64,000 nucleotides of DNA, from contig DASVXH010000083.1 in assembly GCA_036392795.1 (NCBI GenBank), positions 1,563 to 65,562 on the forward strand. The letters are read 5' to 3'. Below are positions 19,752-27,744 of the stretch, one piece after another; the first letter of the stretch is position 1, and each line of letters starts with the position of its first letter. This stretch comes from Candidatus Saccharimonadales bacterium. Lineage in GTDB: Bacteria; Patescibacteriota; Saccharimonadia; Saccharimonadales; UBA4665. The notes under the pieces were generated by a model that worked only from the letters and a program-made list of their open reading frames with translations, did not search any database and was not told the DNA's origin. Position numbers and translations under genes: made by a program.

Positions 19752-20480
19752 ATGGCTGAAAATACAACAGCCCCAGCACAAGCCGCCGCTGAAGCAGCAG
19801 CTGCTGCACAGCACCAGGGTCAAGGTCACGGTGGCCGTGGTCCTCGTGGCGGTCAAGGTCGGCCCGGTGGCCGTCGTGACGGTCGCCGTCCAGATGTTGC
19901 ACCAGAAGAAAAACAATTTGATGAACGCGTACTGCACATTGACCGTGTGGCCCGCGTCGTAAAGGGTGGTCGCCGCTTCCGTTTCCGTGCACTCGTCGTG
20001 GTTGGTGACCGCAAAAATCGCGTTGGTATCGGTATTGCTAAAGGCGCAGATGTTACCGCTGCCGTTTCCAAGGCTACTGAAGTCGCCAAGAAGCATTTTG
20101 TTACCGTCAGCACCGACAAAAATGGTTCGATTCATCACGAATACGAAGCTAAAGTTGGTGGTGCACGCATCCTCATCAAGCCAGCCAGCGCTGGTACCGG
20201 TCTGATCGCCGGTGGCGTGGTCCGCACTATTTTGGAAGTAGCCGGCATCAAGAATATCTTGAGCAAGTCATTGGGCTCTACCAATAAGGCAAACACTGCC
20301 TACGCAACCATCGAAGCATTGCGTAGCATTGTACCCGCCGACAAATGGGTAACGGCTGCTGCTCTAAAAGCCGCCAAAAACGAAAGGGCCAAGGCGCCCA
20401 AGGCAGAGGCAAAGAGCGAAAAGCCTGTCGTTGCCAAGACTGCTCCAAAAAAGGTCGCCGCTAAAAAGGAGGCCAAATAA
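19752..20480 (+). CDS. rpsE: 30S ribosomal protein S5, with long low-complexity N- and C-terminal extensions (242 aa)
   Basis: Core IDRVARVVKGGRRFRFRALVVVGD. N-terminal Ala/Gly/Arg-rich stretch of about 55 aa and C-terminal K/A-rich stretch of about 45 aa. Confidence 0.95.
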   Translation: MAENTTAPAQAAAEAAAAAQHQGQGHGGRGPRGGQGRPGGRRDGRRPDVAPEEKQFDERVLHIDRVARVVKGGRRFRFRALVVVGDRKNRVGIGIAKGADVTAAVSKATEVAKKHFVTVSTDKNGSIHHEYEAKVGGARILIKPASAGTGLIAGGVVRTILEVAGIKNILSKSLGSTNKANTAYATIEALRSIVPADKWVTAAALKAAKNERAKAPKAEAKSEKPVVAKTAPKKVAAKKEAK

Positions 20481-20950
20481 TGAAATATCACGAACTACAG
20501 GTTTCCAGCAGTAAAAGTGCCAAGCGTGTTGGTCGCGGTATTGCCGCCGGCCAAGGCAAGACCGCCGGTCGTGGTACTAAAGGCCAGATGGCCCGTACTG
20601 GTGCTAAGCGTAAGCCAGGCTTCGAAGGTGGCCAAAATCCTTTGATGCAACGCTTGCCTAAGCTGCCTGGATTTAAATCCAAGCGCGTGCCCGCCGAGGT
20701 CGTCTACACGGGTCAGCTGGACAGCGTATCCGCAAAGACTATCGATGCAGCCGCATTGGCCGAAGCCGGCCTGATTAGCAGTGCCTACGTTGTAGTCAAG
20801 TTGCTAGTAAAGGGTGATGTCACCAAAAAGCACAGTGTAAAATTGCAATCAGCCTCGGCCGCTGCAATCGAAGCTGTTCAAAAAGCTGGTGGCGAGTTCG
20901 AAAAAGTTGCCCGTAGCCCTCGACCCGCAACCCGCAAAAAAGAAGATTAG
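20480..20950 (+). CDS. rplO: 50S ribosomal protein L15
   Basis: GRGIAAGQGKTAGRGTKGQ motif. Starts at the TAATG overlap with rpsE, so no rpmD lies between them. Confidence 0.95.
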   Translation: MKYHELQVSSSKSAKRVGRGIAAGQGKTAGRGTKGQMARTGAKRKPGFEGGQNPLMQRLPKLPGFKSKRVPAEVVYTGQLDSVSAKTIDAAALAEAGLISSAYVVVKLLVKGDVTKKHSVKLQSASAAAIEAVQKAGGEFEKVARSPRPATRKKED

Positions 20951-20965
20951 TCTTCCTAAAAATAT

Positions 20966-21007
20966 GTAAAGAAGCTTACTCTGTTTGAGTAGGCTTCTTT
21001 ACTTTTG
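20966..21007 (+). terminator. Strong rho-independent terminator after rplO
   Basis: 16-bp stem (20966-20981 / 20987-21002, one G-U pair) followed by TTTT. Confidence 0.8.
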
Positions 21008-21033
21008 TTAATTTTAATGATATAATTTGAAAA

Positions 21034-21564
21034 ATGCGTTACCCTGACTCAGAAACTATTGTCTTTGATGAGCCCGTCAAAAGGGCGCGAGGCGGTGCCG
21101 AAATCAAAATAGACGAGCAGCGCGTTATTTTTCGGGCGGGCATCGCCAGAAAAGCAGATATCGTATTGACGCACCCGGCACCCTTCGTTCGGGTCTTTCA
21201 TGGCATCGGCGCAAAGGCGATGCTAGACCTGCGATCAGAGGTGGGCTGGGCGGAAGTACACGATATGGACAGTCGGTCTTACCTGCGAATGGGAGCGGGC
21301 GCAGTCAGTCTTTCGGGGGAAATCGAGCGAGGCAGCGAGCTTGTCCACGCAGCCGAATTCTATAGGGCCAAAGACATAAAGGGACTACAGCATCTAAACG
21401 TCACATTTAAGAGTTACGCCGGATCCCCTGATTATCGTGCACGTGGTCTTGATAGCGAGCCTATATACAAGCCCAATGAAAACGGCGTCATAGACTTTAC
21501 GGCTCTCTGGGATCAAGGTATTCGACCCGACACCTTCTATCTGCCACAGCGTCTAGATATATAA
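21034..21564 (+). CDS. Hypothetical protein, 176 aa
   Basis: ORF with ATG 7 nt after a TATAAT box (21021-21026) and no Shine-Dalgarno sequence. No motif recognised. Confidence 0.55.
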   Translation: MRYPDSETIVFDEPVKRARGGAEIKIDEQRVIFRAGIARKADIVLTHPAPFVRVFHGIGAKAMLDLRSEVGWAEVHDMDSRSYLRMGAGAVSLSGEIERGSELVHAAEFYRAKDIKGLQHLNVTFKSYAGSPDYRARGLDSEPIYKPNENGVIDFTALWDQGIRPDTFYLPQRLDI

Positions 21565-21683
21565 AAATCCAAAAACAATTAAAAACTTCTTTACAGAACC
21601 ATGATGAATGGTGTACATTTTAGCTGTCCTTATTGGACGTTGTAGACAGCCTCGTAATGCTATAAAAAGCAGTACAGGCAAAA

Positions 21684-21717
21684 ATAGGTACGATCTTCGG
21701 TTGTGCCTATTTTTTTA
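21684..21717 (+). terminator. Rho-independent terminator in the 290-nt spacer before the SGNH gene
   Basis: AUAGGUAC / GUGCCUAU stem (one G-U pair) with a cgatcttcggtt loop, followed by TTTTTTT. Confidence 0.6.
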
Positions 21718-21856
21718 GATACAGTCATACCAGTGGACCCTGTGGTCACTCAAAATCAAAATATAGAAGAGTGTGAGCCCGGCCAATGGCTGTAAATATT
21801 GGCAATGCGTAAGCTTTTTCATAGTCAGTCGCCAATAAACTCTCTAGTGTGGACCT

Positions 21857-22690
21857 ATGAAGAAATTAATATTTTATACCCTATCATCTTTATTGTTTTT
21901 GGTCGGAATTGTAATTGTCGCACCTAAAAATGCCTCAGCTGCAACCAACAATACCTATATGTCTCTTGGCGATTCGGTAGCCGCGGGCGCTGGTTTACCA
22001 TTAAGCAACGGATCACAGGCCGCGCTCTGTGCGAAATCGGGTCAAGCCTATCCATTCAAAGTGGCAGCAGAAACCGGATTGGCTCTTGAGCATCTGGCAT
22101 GTAGCGGCGCAAAGATAACTGATGGGATTTTGCAGTCTCAGGAGCGCAATGGCGTTACCCTTAGTCCGCAGATCGATCGGGCATTTGCAAATGGCACGCC
22201 AAAGCTCATAACCGTAACCGCCGGCACCAATGACATTAATTGGGCAGCCTACATTAACAAATGCTATCAATCGGAATGTGGCACCCTCACCGACACAGCC
22301 ACCTCTAGCTTGCTGATTTGGAAGGTACATCAAAATATGCGAAGCCTTTTGGATCAGATCAAAGCCCGCAATGGTGCCGATAAGCCAAAGGTAGTTGTGA
22401 CTGGTTATTATATGCCGCTTTCCAATGCACAGCCCGCCTGCACCGACACCACGGGCATTACCTCAAAAGAAGTTAACTGGGTCCGACAGCAGGCCACCTT
22501 GCTCAATATCGCCCTAAGTGCGGTGGTTTATCAATACGATTTTGTTAGCTTTGCCCCAGTTAATTTTAATGGCCATGAGCTTTGTTCGGCCGATTCCTGG
22601 ATTCAAGGCCTAGGGGCTCCGGCTTCTTATCATCCCACTGCTGCCGGTCAGAAGGCCATTGCTCAGTCTGTTTTAGATGTTCTTAGATAG
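21857..22690 (+). CDS. Secreted SGNH/GDSL-family hydrolase (esterase/lipase)
   Basis: Signal peptide MKKLIFYTLSSLLFLVGIVIVAPKNASA. Block I SLGDSVAAG, block III TAGTNDI, block V ADSW...YHPT. Confidence 0.8.
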   Translation: MKKLIFYTLSSLLFLVGIVIVAPKNASAATNNTYMSLGDSVAAGAGLPLSNGSQAALCAKSGQAYPFKVAAETGLALEHLACSGAKITDGILQSQERNGVTLSPQIDRAFANGTPKLITVTAGTNDINWAAYINKCYQSECGTLTDTATSSLLIWKVHQNMRSLLDQIKARNGADKPKVVVTGYYMPLSNAQPACTDTTGITSKEVNWVRQQATLLNIALSAVVYQYDFVSFAPVNFNGHELCSADSWIQGLGAPASYHPTAAGQKAIAQSVLDVLR

Positions 22691-22772
22691 TTCGTTACTC
22701 AAACTATTTCTACAGAGCAGATAACCATTACCGCGTTGTTTCATCTTAGTTTAAGTTTTATACTTAAAGAGG

Positions 22773-24125
22773 ATGATTCCGAACATCGAGTTGCCGTTTG
22801 CGTCAAACCCCGACCTTTACGAACCGGAAAAGTTTGCGGCGGAATGTGATAAATTATTTGCCCAAAGACATCAAACCTTTTTTGACACAGTGACGGGACG
22901 CTACGTTCTGTTTCACATGGACGATATCGAGTCCAACATAACGGACCGCGATAGCAGTGACACACTTGACGCCGAAACGTCACCCTTAATTATCGCCGCG
23001 CATATCGTAACTCTTCCGTCGGTCTACACTCTAATGCGCGGTGTCGTGCCGGTGACGGCTAATGCCGAAGGAGAGGTGCACGACCGAGTTCGACGAGCCC
23101 TACAAGCAAATCCCCACGGCTTATCTCCGCATGCGCCAACAATAACAGAACGCTACGGCAAATTGGTGGATGATGCGCTAAAGCCGCTCATTAAAAGCCT
23201 TGGTCATAAGGCTTTGAGTCGTGATGGCAATAAGGTAGACATCGTAAAGGATCTAGCCTCTCCGTTGGCATCGAGCGTAATCGCCCGCATCCAAGGCGCG
23301 TCATGTCATTTCGATGAGCAAATTCAGGCATTTGCCAATGGTCAAACCGATCTGTTGGGGCAGCAGCTTCGCGGAAACAAACTCATAAGTGCCGTTAGGT
23401 CACTAGCTGGTTTGCTGCGATTCAACAATAACCTGGCCAAAGACGCCGAAAAACAACTGATTTTCGAACCCCCTTCAGATCTTACGACCCAATTGGTCAG
23501 TGAATTAGGGCGTAAACTAACACGCAGCGCCGGCATGAACCTTACTGCCGCGGGATACTCCACCACCAGAGGGACGATTGCCAATGCCGTCCGTTTTGCA
23601 CTGGCAGATCCTAGTCGTGAACTTTGGCAGGCACTTTGCCAAAATGAGAACCCCTACCTTCAGGAGGTAGCCCTGTTTGAGGTCGAACGACTCTGTACCG
23701 CATTAGTTGCTTGGAAAGGAAGGCTCAACAAAGACACACTTCTCGCCGATAACGCAACAAAACTGCCCAAAGGCGCGCCCGTTCTATATGCCCTCGGTAT
23801 CGCCAATCGTGATCCGAAAATTTTCGGCTATCCCCACCATGCATTGCTGCAAAGACGCGTCATAGATAGAGAGAGACGAGGCAGGGCACGCCCACACATA
23901 ACGTATGGGCGTGGACCCCACGCCTGTGTGGGGCGAACACTGGCGCAGCTGGAAATCAAAGCCGCATTTACGGCTCTTGGTAATCTCGAGAAAGAGCACG
24001 GTGCGCATTTTATGCTGAATGAACCGGAAACAGGTTTTCAGTACGCTCCAGATTCGCTATTTCGAATGCCCGAAAATCTACCCGTAGTTCTGACCAAGAA
24101 TATCGCCACTGGCGAGGCCATTTAA
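22773..24125 (+). CDS. Cytochrome P450, 450 aa
   Basis: Heme-binding loop YGRGPHACVGRTLA (Cys codon 23925-23927), ExxR (EVER) and an I-helix-like AAGYSTT. AAAGAGG ribosome-binding site. Confidence 0.8.
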   Translation: MIPNIELPFASNPDLYEPEKFAAECDKLFAQRHQTFFDTVTGRYVLFHMDDIESNITDRDSSDTLDAETSPLIIAAHIVTLPSVYTLMRGVVPVTANAEGEVHDRVRRALQANPHGLSPHAPTITERYGKLVDDALKPLIKSLGHKALSRDGNKVDIVKDLASPLASSVIARIQGASCHFDEQIQAFANGQTDLLGQQLRGNKLISAVRSLAGLLRFNNNLAKDAEKQLIFEPPSDLTTQLVSELGRKLTRSAGMNLTAAGYSTTRGTIANAVRFALADPSRELWQALCQNENPYLQEVALFEVERLCTALVAWKGRLNKDTLLADNATKLPKGAPVLYALGIANRDPKIFGYPHHALLQRRVIDRERRGRARPHITYGRGPHACVGRTLAQLEIKAAFTALGNLEKEHGAHFMLNEPETGFQYAPDSLFRMPENLPVVLTKNIATGEAI

Positions 24126-24206
24126 TATTAGTTCGCTTTTAGGGTTACATTCGAGGCTTTATTATGTATACTTAACATGATTAGAGCCTAATGGGGTAAT
24201 AGAGAC

Positions 24207-25700
24207 ATGAATTGGAAAGTTATTGCGAAATCGTTGACGCATCAAGATATGCGCAAGCGTATTTTTTTGGTGCTAGGCATCCTGATTGTATTCCGTATCC
24301 TGGCACACATTCCTGTGCCTCTAGCCGACCCACAAACCCTTAAGCAGGTTTTAGAGAACGCATTTAATTCCCAGGCCACCGGATCTTCTTCATTGATGAA
24401 CTTTATTAATGTGTTGTCCGGGGGTGCGCTGGCGCAAGTTTCAATTATGATGGCCGGTCTTGGGCCTTACATTAACGCATCAATTATTATGCAGCTTTTG
24501 ACAAAAGCCATTCCAAAACTGGAAGCACTGCAAAAAGAGGGCGAGTATGGTCAAAAGAAGATAAATCAGATGACACGTACACTGACATTCCCGTTGGCAA
24601 TTTTGCAGTCCATTGGTGCAATTTACCTTTTGCGGCAGTTTGCTCAGCAGTATGGTGGGGTAGGGGATATTACGGCAGGCGCCTCGATCATGCAGTGGGT
24701 ACTCATGGTGGCCGCCCTCACTGGTGGTTCGATGCTATTGATGTGGCTGGGCGAGCAAATTACCGAACAAAGTGTCGGTAATGGTATCTCACTCCTTATA
24801 ACTGTTGGTATTGTCAGTAGTTTGCCTGGCGCCGTTGCAACTATTTGGAATGGCGTTTTTGATGGAAGTCATTGGGCGTTTTTGGGGTGGTGGCTACCAA
24901 TTAACAAAACCAGCTTACTCTACTCATTGCTAATCATAGGTGCCATTTTGCTTGTGACCTGGGTGGTAGTAATGCTCAACGAAGCAGCCCGGCGAGTAAC
25001 CATTAATTACGCCAAGCGCGTTCAAGGCAATCGTACGTATGGCGGCGTTACCACTATGCTCCCGATCAAACTCATCACTGCGGGCGTTGTGCCTATTATC
25101 TTTGCCGTCGCCTTCCTTAGTGTGCCGCCTTTTGTAGGTGAACTTCTGAAAGGGTCCGGAAGTGCCAGGATGCAAGAACTTGGCCTAAATCTTACTACTT
25201 GGTTCCAGGCACCAACTTCGCAGACGTTTTCTGTGGGAGGATTCGAACCGTATATTTACCCCATCGTATATTTCGTGCTGGTGTTCCTGTTTACGTTCTT
25301 TTACACCAGCATTACATTTAACAGCAAGGAAATTGCCGAGAATCTGCAAAAACAGGGCGGCTTTATTGAAGGTGTTCGTTCTGGTCACCAGACTGAAAAA
25401 CACCTAAGTAAGACGGTTAATCGTTTAACGTTATTTGGTGCGACAAGTCTAGGACTTTTGGCAATGACTCCGATCATCGCACAGGCTTTCATAAATAGCA
25501 GCATCGCCCTTGAGGGTACCAGTATCTTGATCTTGGTGGCCGTATCGCTAGAAACGCTGCGCGCCATCGAATCGCGTGCGCTAATGGTAACCTATGATCA
25601 ATACTCAGACCCCGAGTTCTTTGCCGATGTAGACAAAAACGACGAGTCGAGCGCAAAGAAGCGTCGCTTTAGTCTGATTCCATTCCGCAAACAAATCTAA
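24207..25700 (+). CDS. secY: Preprotein translocase subunit SecY
   Basis: 497 aa, 10-TM pattern; LGILIVFRILAHIPVP, GISLLITVGIV. Conserved position after rplO, though displaced here. Confidence 0.95.
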   Translation: MNWKVIAKSLTHQDMRKRIFLVLGILIVFRILAHIPVPLADPQTLKQVLENAFNSQATGSSSLMNFINVLSGGALAQVSIMMAGLGPYINASIIMQLLTKAIPKLEALQKEGEYGQKKINQMTRTLTFPLAILQSIGAIYLLRQFAQQYGGVGDITAGASIMQWVLMVAALTGGSMLLMWLGEQITEQSVGNGISLLITVGIVSSLPGAVATIWNGVFDGSHWAFLGWWLPINKTSLLYSLLIIGAILLVTWVVVMLNEAARRVTINYAKRVQGNRTYGGVTTMLPIKLITAGVVPIIFAVAFLSVPPFVGELLKGSGSARMQELGLNLTTWFQAPTSQTFSVGGFEPYIYPIVYFVLVFLFTFFYTSITFNSKEIAENLQKQGGFIEGVRSGHQTEKHLSKTVNRLTLFGATSLGLLAMTPIIAQAFINSSIALEGTSILILVAVSLETLRAIESRALMVTYDQYSDPEFFADVDKNDESSAKKRRFSLIPFRKQI

Positions 25701-25751
25701 AATCAAACAATTCTACTGCATCACTATTATATAGTTTGCTATGATAAGGGC

Positions 25752-26414
25752 ATGCACAAGCGATTCGGTTTAGCACTTTTTCGTCTAGTAATGGGCGCAA
25801 CTGTAGCAACTGCCATTGTCACGCAATACATGCAAGGTGCCACGCGCGCCACTTTTAATCCAGTTAATTTCTTTAGCTACTTTACGATTGAAAGCAATAT
25901 TTTGGCGGCGTTTATATTTATCGTCACTGGCGCGGCACTGATGACGGGGATAAAACTGCGCCGGCGATCACTAATTCGCGGTGCAGCCGTCCTTTATATG
26001 ACGATTACCGGCATAGTTTACGCCATTTTACTATCCGGCATTGATGCAGATCTTGGGCTAACTATGCCGTGGGTAAATATGGTTCTGCATTATCTAATGC
26101 CGGTCGCAGTCTTGATAGACTGGTTCGCAGATCCGCCCGAGCAAAAAGTACCTTTTAAAAGCGCTCTGATATGGACAATTTTTCCTGCCCTCTATCTCTT
26201 TTACAGCTTAATTCGTGGCTACGGAACGGGCTGGTATCCGTATCCGTTCCTAAATCCCGAACATTCTGGCTACGGAGGCATTATTACGATTTCAATTGGG
26301 ATTTTAGTTGTTTCGATTGGACTTATTTGGGTGATTACCAAGCTTTCCGGAAGGGCAAATAGTAGTCCAACACCAAAGAACAGACTAAAATCCCGTACTC
26401 GCCGCCAAAAATGA
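25752..26414 (+). CDS. Polytopic membrane protein, possibly Pr6Pr family
   Basis: 6 hydrophobic helices; YFTIESNIL, LHYLMPV, YPYPFLNP motifs recalled from the Pr6Pr family. Basic tail. Confidence 0.5.
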   Translation: MHKRFGLALFRLVMGATVATAIVTQYMQGATRATFNPVNFFSYFTIESNILAAFIFIVTGAALMTGIKLRRRSLIRGAAVLYMTITGIVYAILLSGIDADLGLTMPWVNMVLHYLMPVAVLIDWFADPPEQKVPFKSALIWTIFPALYLFYSLIRGYGTGWYPYPFLNPEHSGYGGIITISIGILVVSIGLIWVITKLSGRANSSPTPKNRLKSRTRRQK

Positions 26415-26474
26415 TCCGTAAAAGTGTTGTATTCTACAACAACTGTTGGTATAATCAGAACTTGTTATCTATTT

Positions 26475-26693
26475 ATGGCGAAAAAAGAAGTTATCGAGTT
26501 GACGGGAACGATTATCGAGACCCTACCGGGTACTCAATTTCGCGTTGAACTGGAAAACGGCCATCAAATAATAGCTCACGTCGCTGGAAAGATGCGAAAA
26601 CACTATATTCGTATCGTTCCTGGTGACAGCGTGACGGTTGAGTTGACCCCTTACGATCTGACTAAGGGAAGAATCACCTATCGCAAATCATAG
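26475..26693 (+). CDS. infA: Translation initiation factor IF-1
   Basis: [51 protein letters not shown]. The track ORF starts upstream at 26424. Confidence 0.95.
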   Translation: MAKKEVIELTGTIIETLPGTQFRVELENGHQIIAHVAGKMRKHYIRIVPGDSVTVELTPYDLTKGRITYRKS

Positions 26694-26772
26694 AACTTAC
26701 ACGCGCGTTAAGTTCTATGACAATTTATTACCAAATAAGCAGTGAGTCATCGCTGGAAGGAGCATGATCCGC

Positions 26773-26922
26773 ATGAAAGTGCGTGCAAGTGTCAAAAAAA
26801 TCAGCCCCGGAGACAAACTCGTTTGGCGCAAGCCGAAACGTGGCAAAAGGGGACAAGGCCGTAAAGCACGTCTTTACGTCATTAATAAACTTAGGCCAAA
26901 GAATAAGCAGAGGCAGGGGTAA
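26773..26922 (+). CDS. rpmJ: 50S ribosomal protein L36, Cys-free extended variant (49 aa)
   Basis: Not in the ORF track because it is under 60 aa. [55 protein letters not shown] lies 10 nt upstream. Expected position between infA and rpsM. Confidence 0.8.
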   Translation: MKVRASVKKISPGDKLVWRKPKRGKRGQGRKARLYVINKLRPKNKQRQG

Positions 26923-26925
26923 TAT

Positions 26926-27312
26926 ATGGCTCGAATTTCTGGAGTAACTATTCCTAGCGAAAAGCAAGTTTGGGTTTCCTTGACTTATGTGTACGGAATC
27001 GGCCCAAAGACCAGTCACACCATTCTGGAAGCTGCAAAGGTTGATCCTACCGTTCGCGTAAAAGATCTGACTGATGCGGAAGTTTCCCGTATTCAAGAGT
27101 ACATCAACGAAAACTTTACCGTCGAAGGTGAATTGCAGCGTATCGTCAGTGGTAACATCAAGCGCCTGAAGGACATCAACGCGTACCGCGGCCTGCGTCA
27201 CAAAGCAAATCTGCCTTCTCGTGGTCAACGTACTAAAACTAACGCCCGCACCCGCCGTGGCAAAAAGACCACTGTCGGCGGCACTGCTAAGAAGGCTCCG
27301 TCAAAGACTTAG
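26926..27312 (+). CDS. rpsM: 30S ribosomal protein S13
   Basis: MARISGVTIPSEKQVWVSLTYVYGIG. Confidence 0.97.
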   Translation: MARISGVTIPSEKQVWVSLTYVYGIGPKTSHTILEAAKVDPTVRVKDLTDAEVSRIQEYINENFTVEGELQRIVSGNIKRLKDINAYRGLRHKANLPSRGQRTKTNARTRRGKKTTVGGTAKKAPSKT

Positions 27313-27329
27313 GATGAGGTTATAGAGAT

Positions 27330-27725
27330 ATGGCAGAAGCAACATCACAAGCAAAGAAGAAAAAAGCCAAGCGCTCTGTACCCGCCGGTCAGGTGCATAT
27401 TTTGGCGACCTTTAACAATACTATCGTTACCTTTACCGACGCTCAAGGCGGCGCTTTGACCGCTGCCAGCGCTGGTGGTTGCGGTTTCCGCGGCTCAAAA
27501 AAAGGCACCGCCTATGCAGCTCAGGTTGCAGCCGAAAAAGCCGGTCAGGCCGCCAAGCAGCAGTACGGCTTTGCCAAGGCAGAGGTTTATGTTAAAGGCG
27601 TAGGTTTGGGTCGCGACGCCGCTATCCGCGCGCTCGCAGGCCTCGACATTCAAGTAGAAAGCATTAAAGACGTGACTGGCGTGCCATTCGGTGGCGTTCG
27701 CCCGAAGAAAGCACGTCGCATCTAG
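27330..27725 (+). CDS. rpsK: 30S ribosomal protein S11
   Basis: HILATFNNTIVTFTD ... GFRGSKKGT. Confidence 0.97.
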   Translation: MAEATSQAKKKKAKRSVPAGQVHILATFNNTIVTFTDAQGGALTAASAGGCGFRGSKKGTAYAAQVAAEKAGQAAKQQYGFAKAEVYVKGVGLGRDAAIRALAGLDIQVESIKDVTGVPFGGVRPKKARRI

Positions 27726-27744
27726 GGTGAGGAGGTAGATACAT

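Noticed and set aside
8991-21564. Shared RMGAG pentapeptide in the 188-aa (8991-9557) and 176-aa (21034-21564) orphans, as evidence of paralogy
   Set aside because: No similarity extends beyond the five residues when aligned by eye, so this is probably coincidence. A pairwise profile alignment would settle it.
26691-26717. 9-bp hairpin overlapping the infA stop codon, as a terminator
   Set aside because: It has no U tract, and rpmJ/rpsM follow in the same operon. It is more likely an mRNA processing or stability element, and too weak to call.
26728-27228. 166-aa minus-strand ORF
   Set aside because: It covers rpmJ and the first half of rpsM in antisense. The plus-strand genes are conserved and have ribosome-binding sites.
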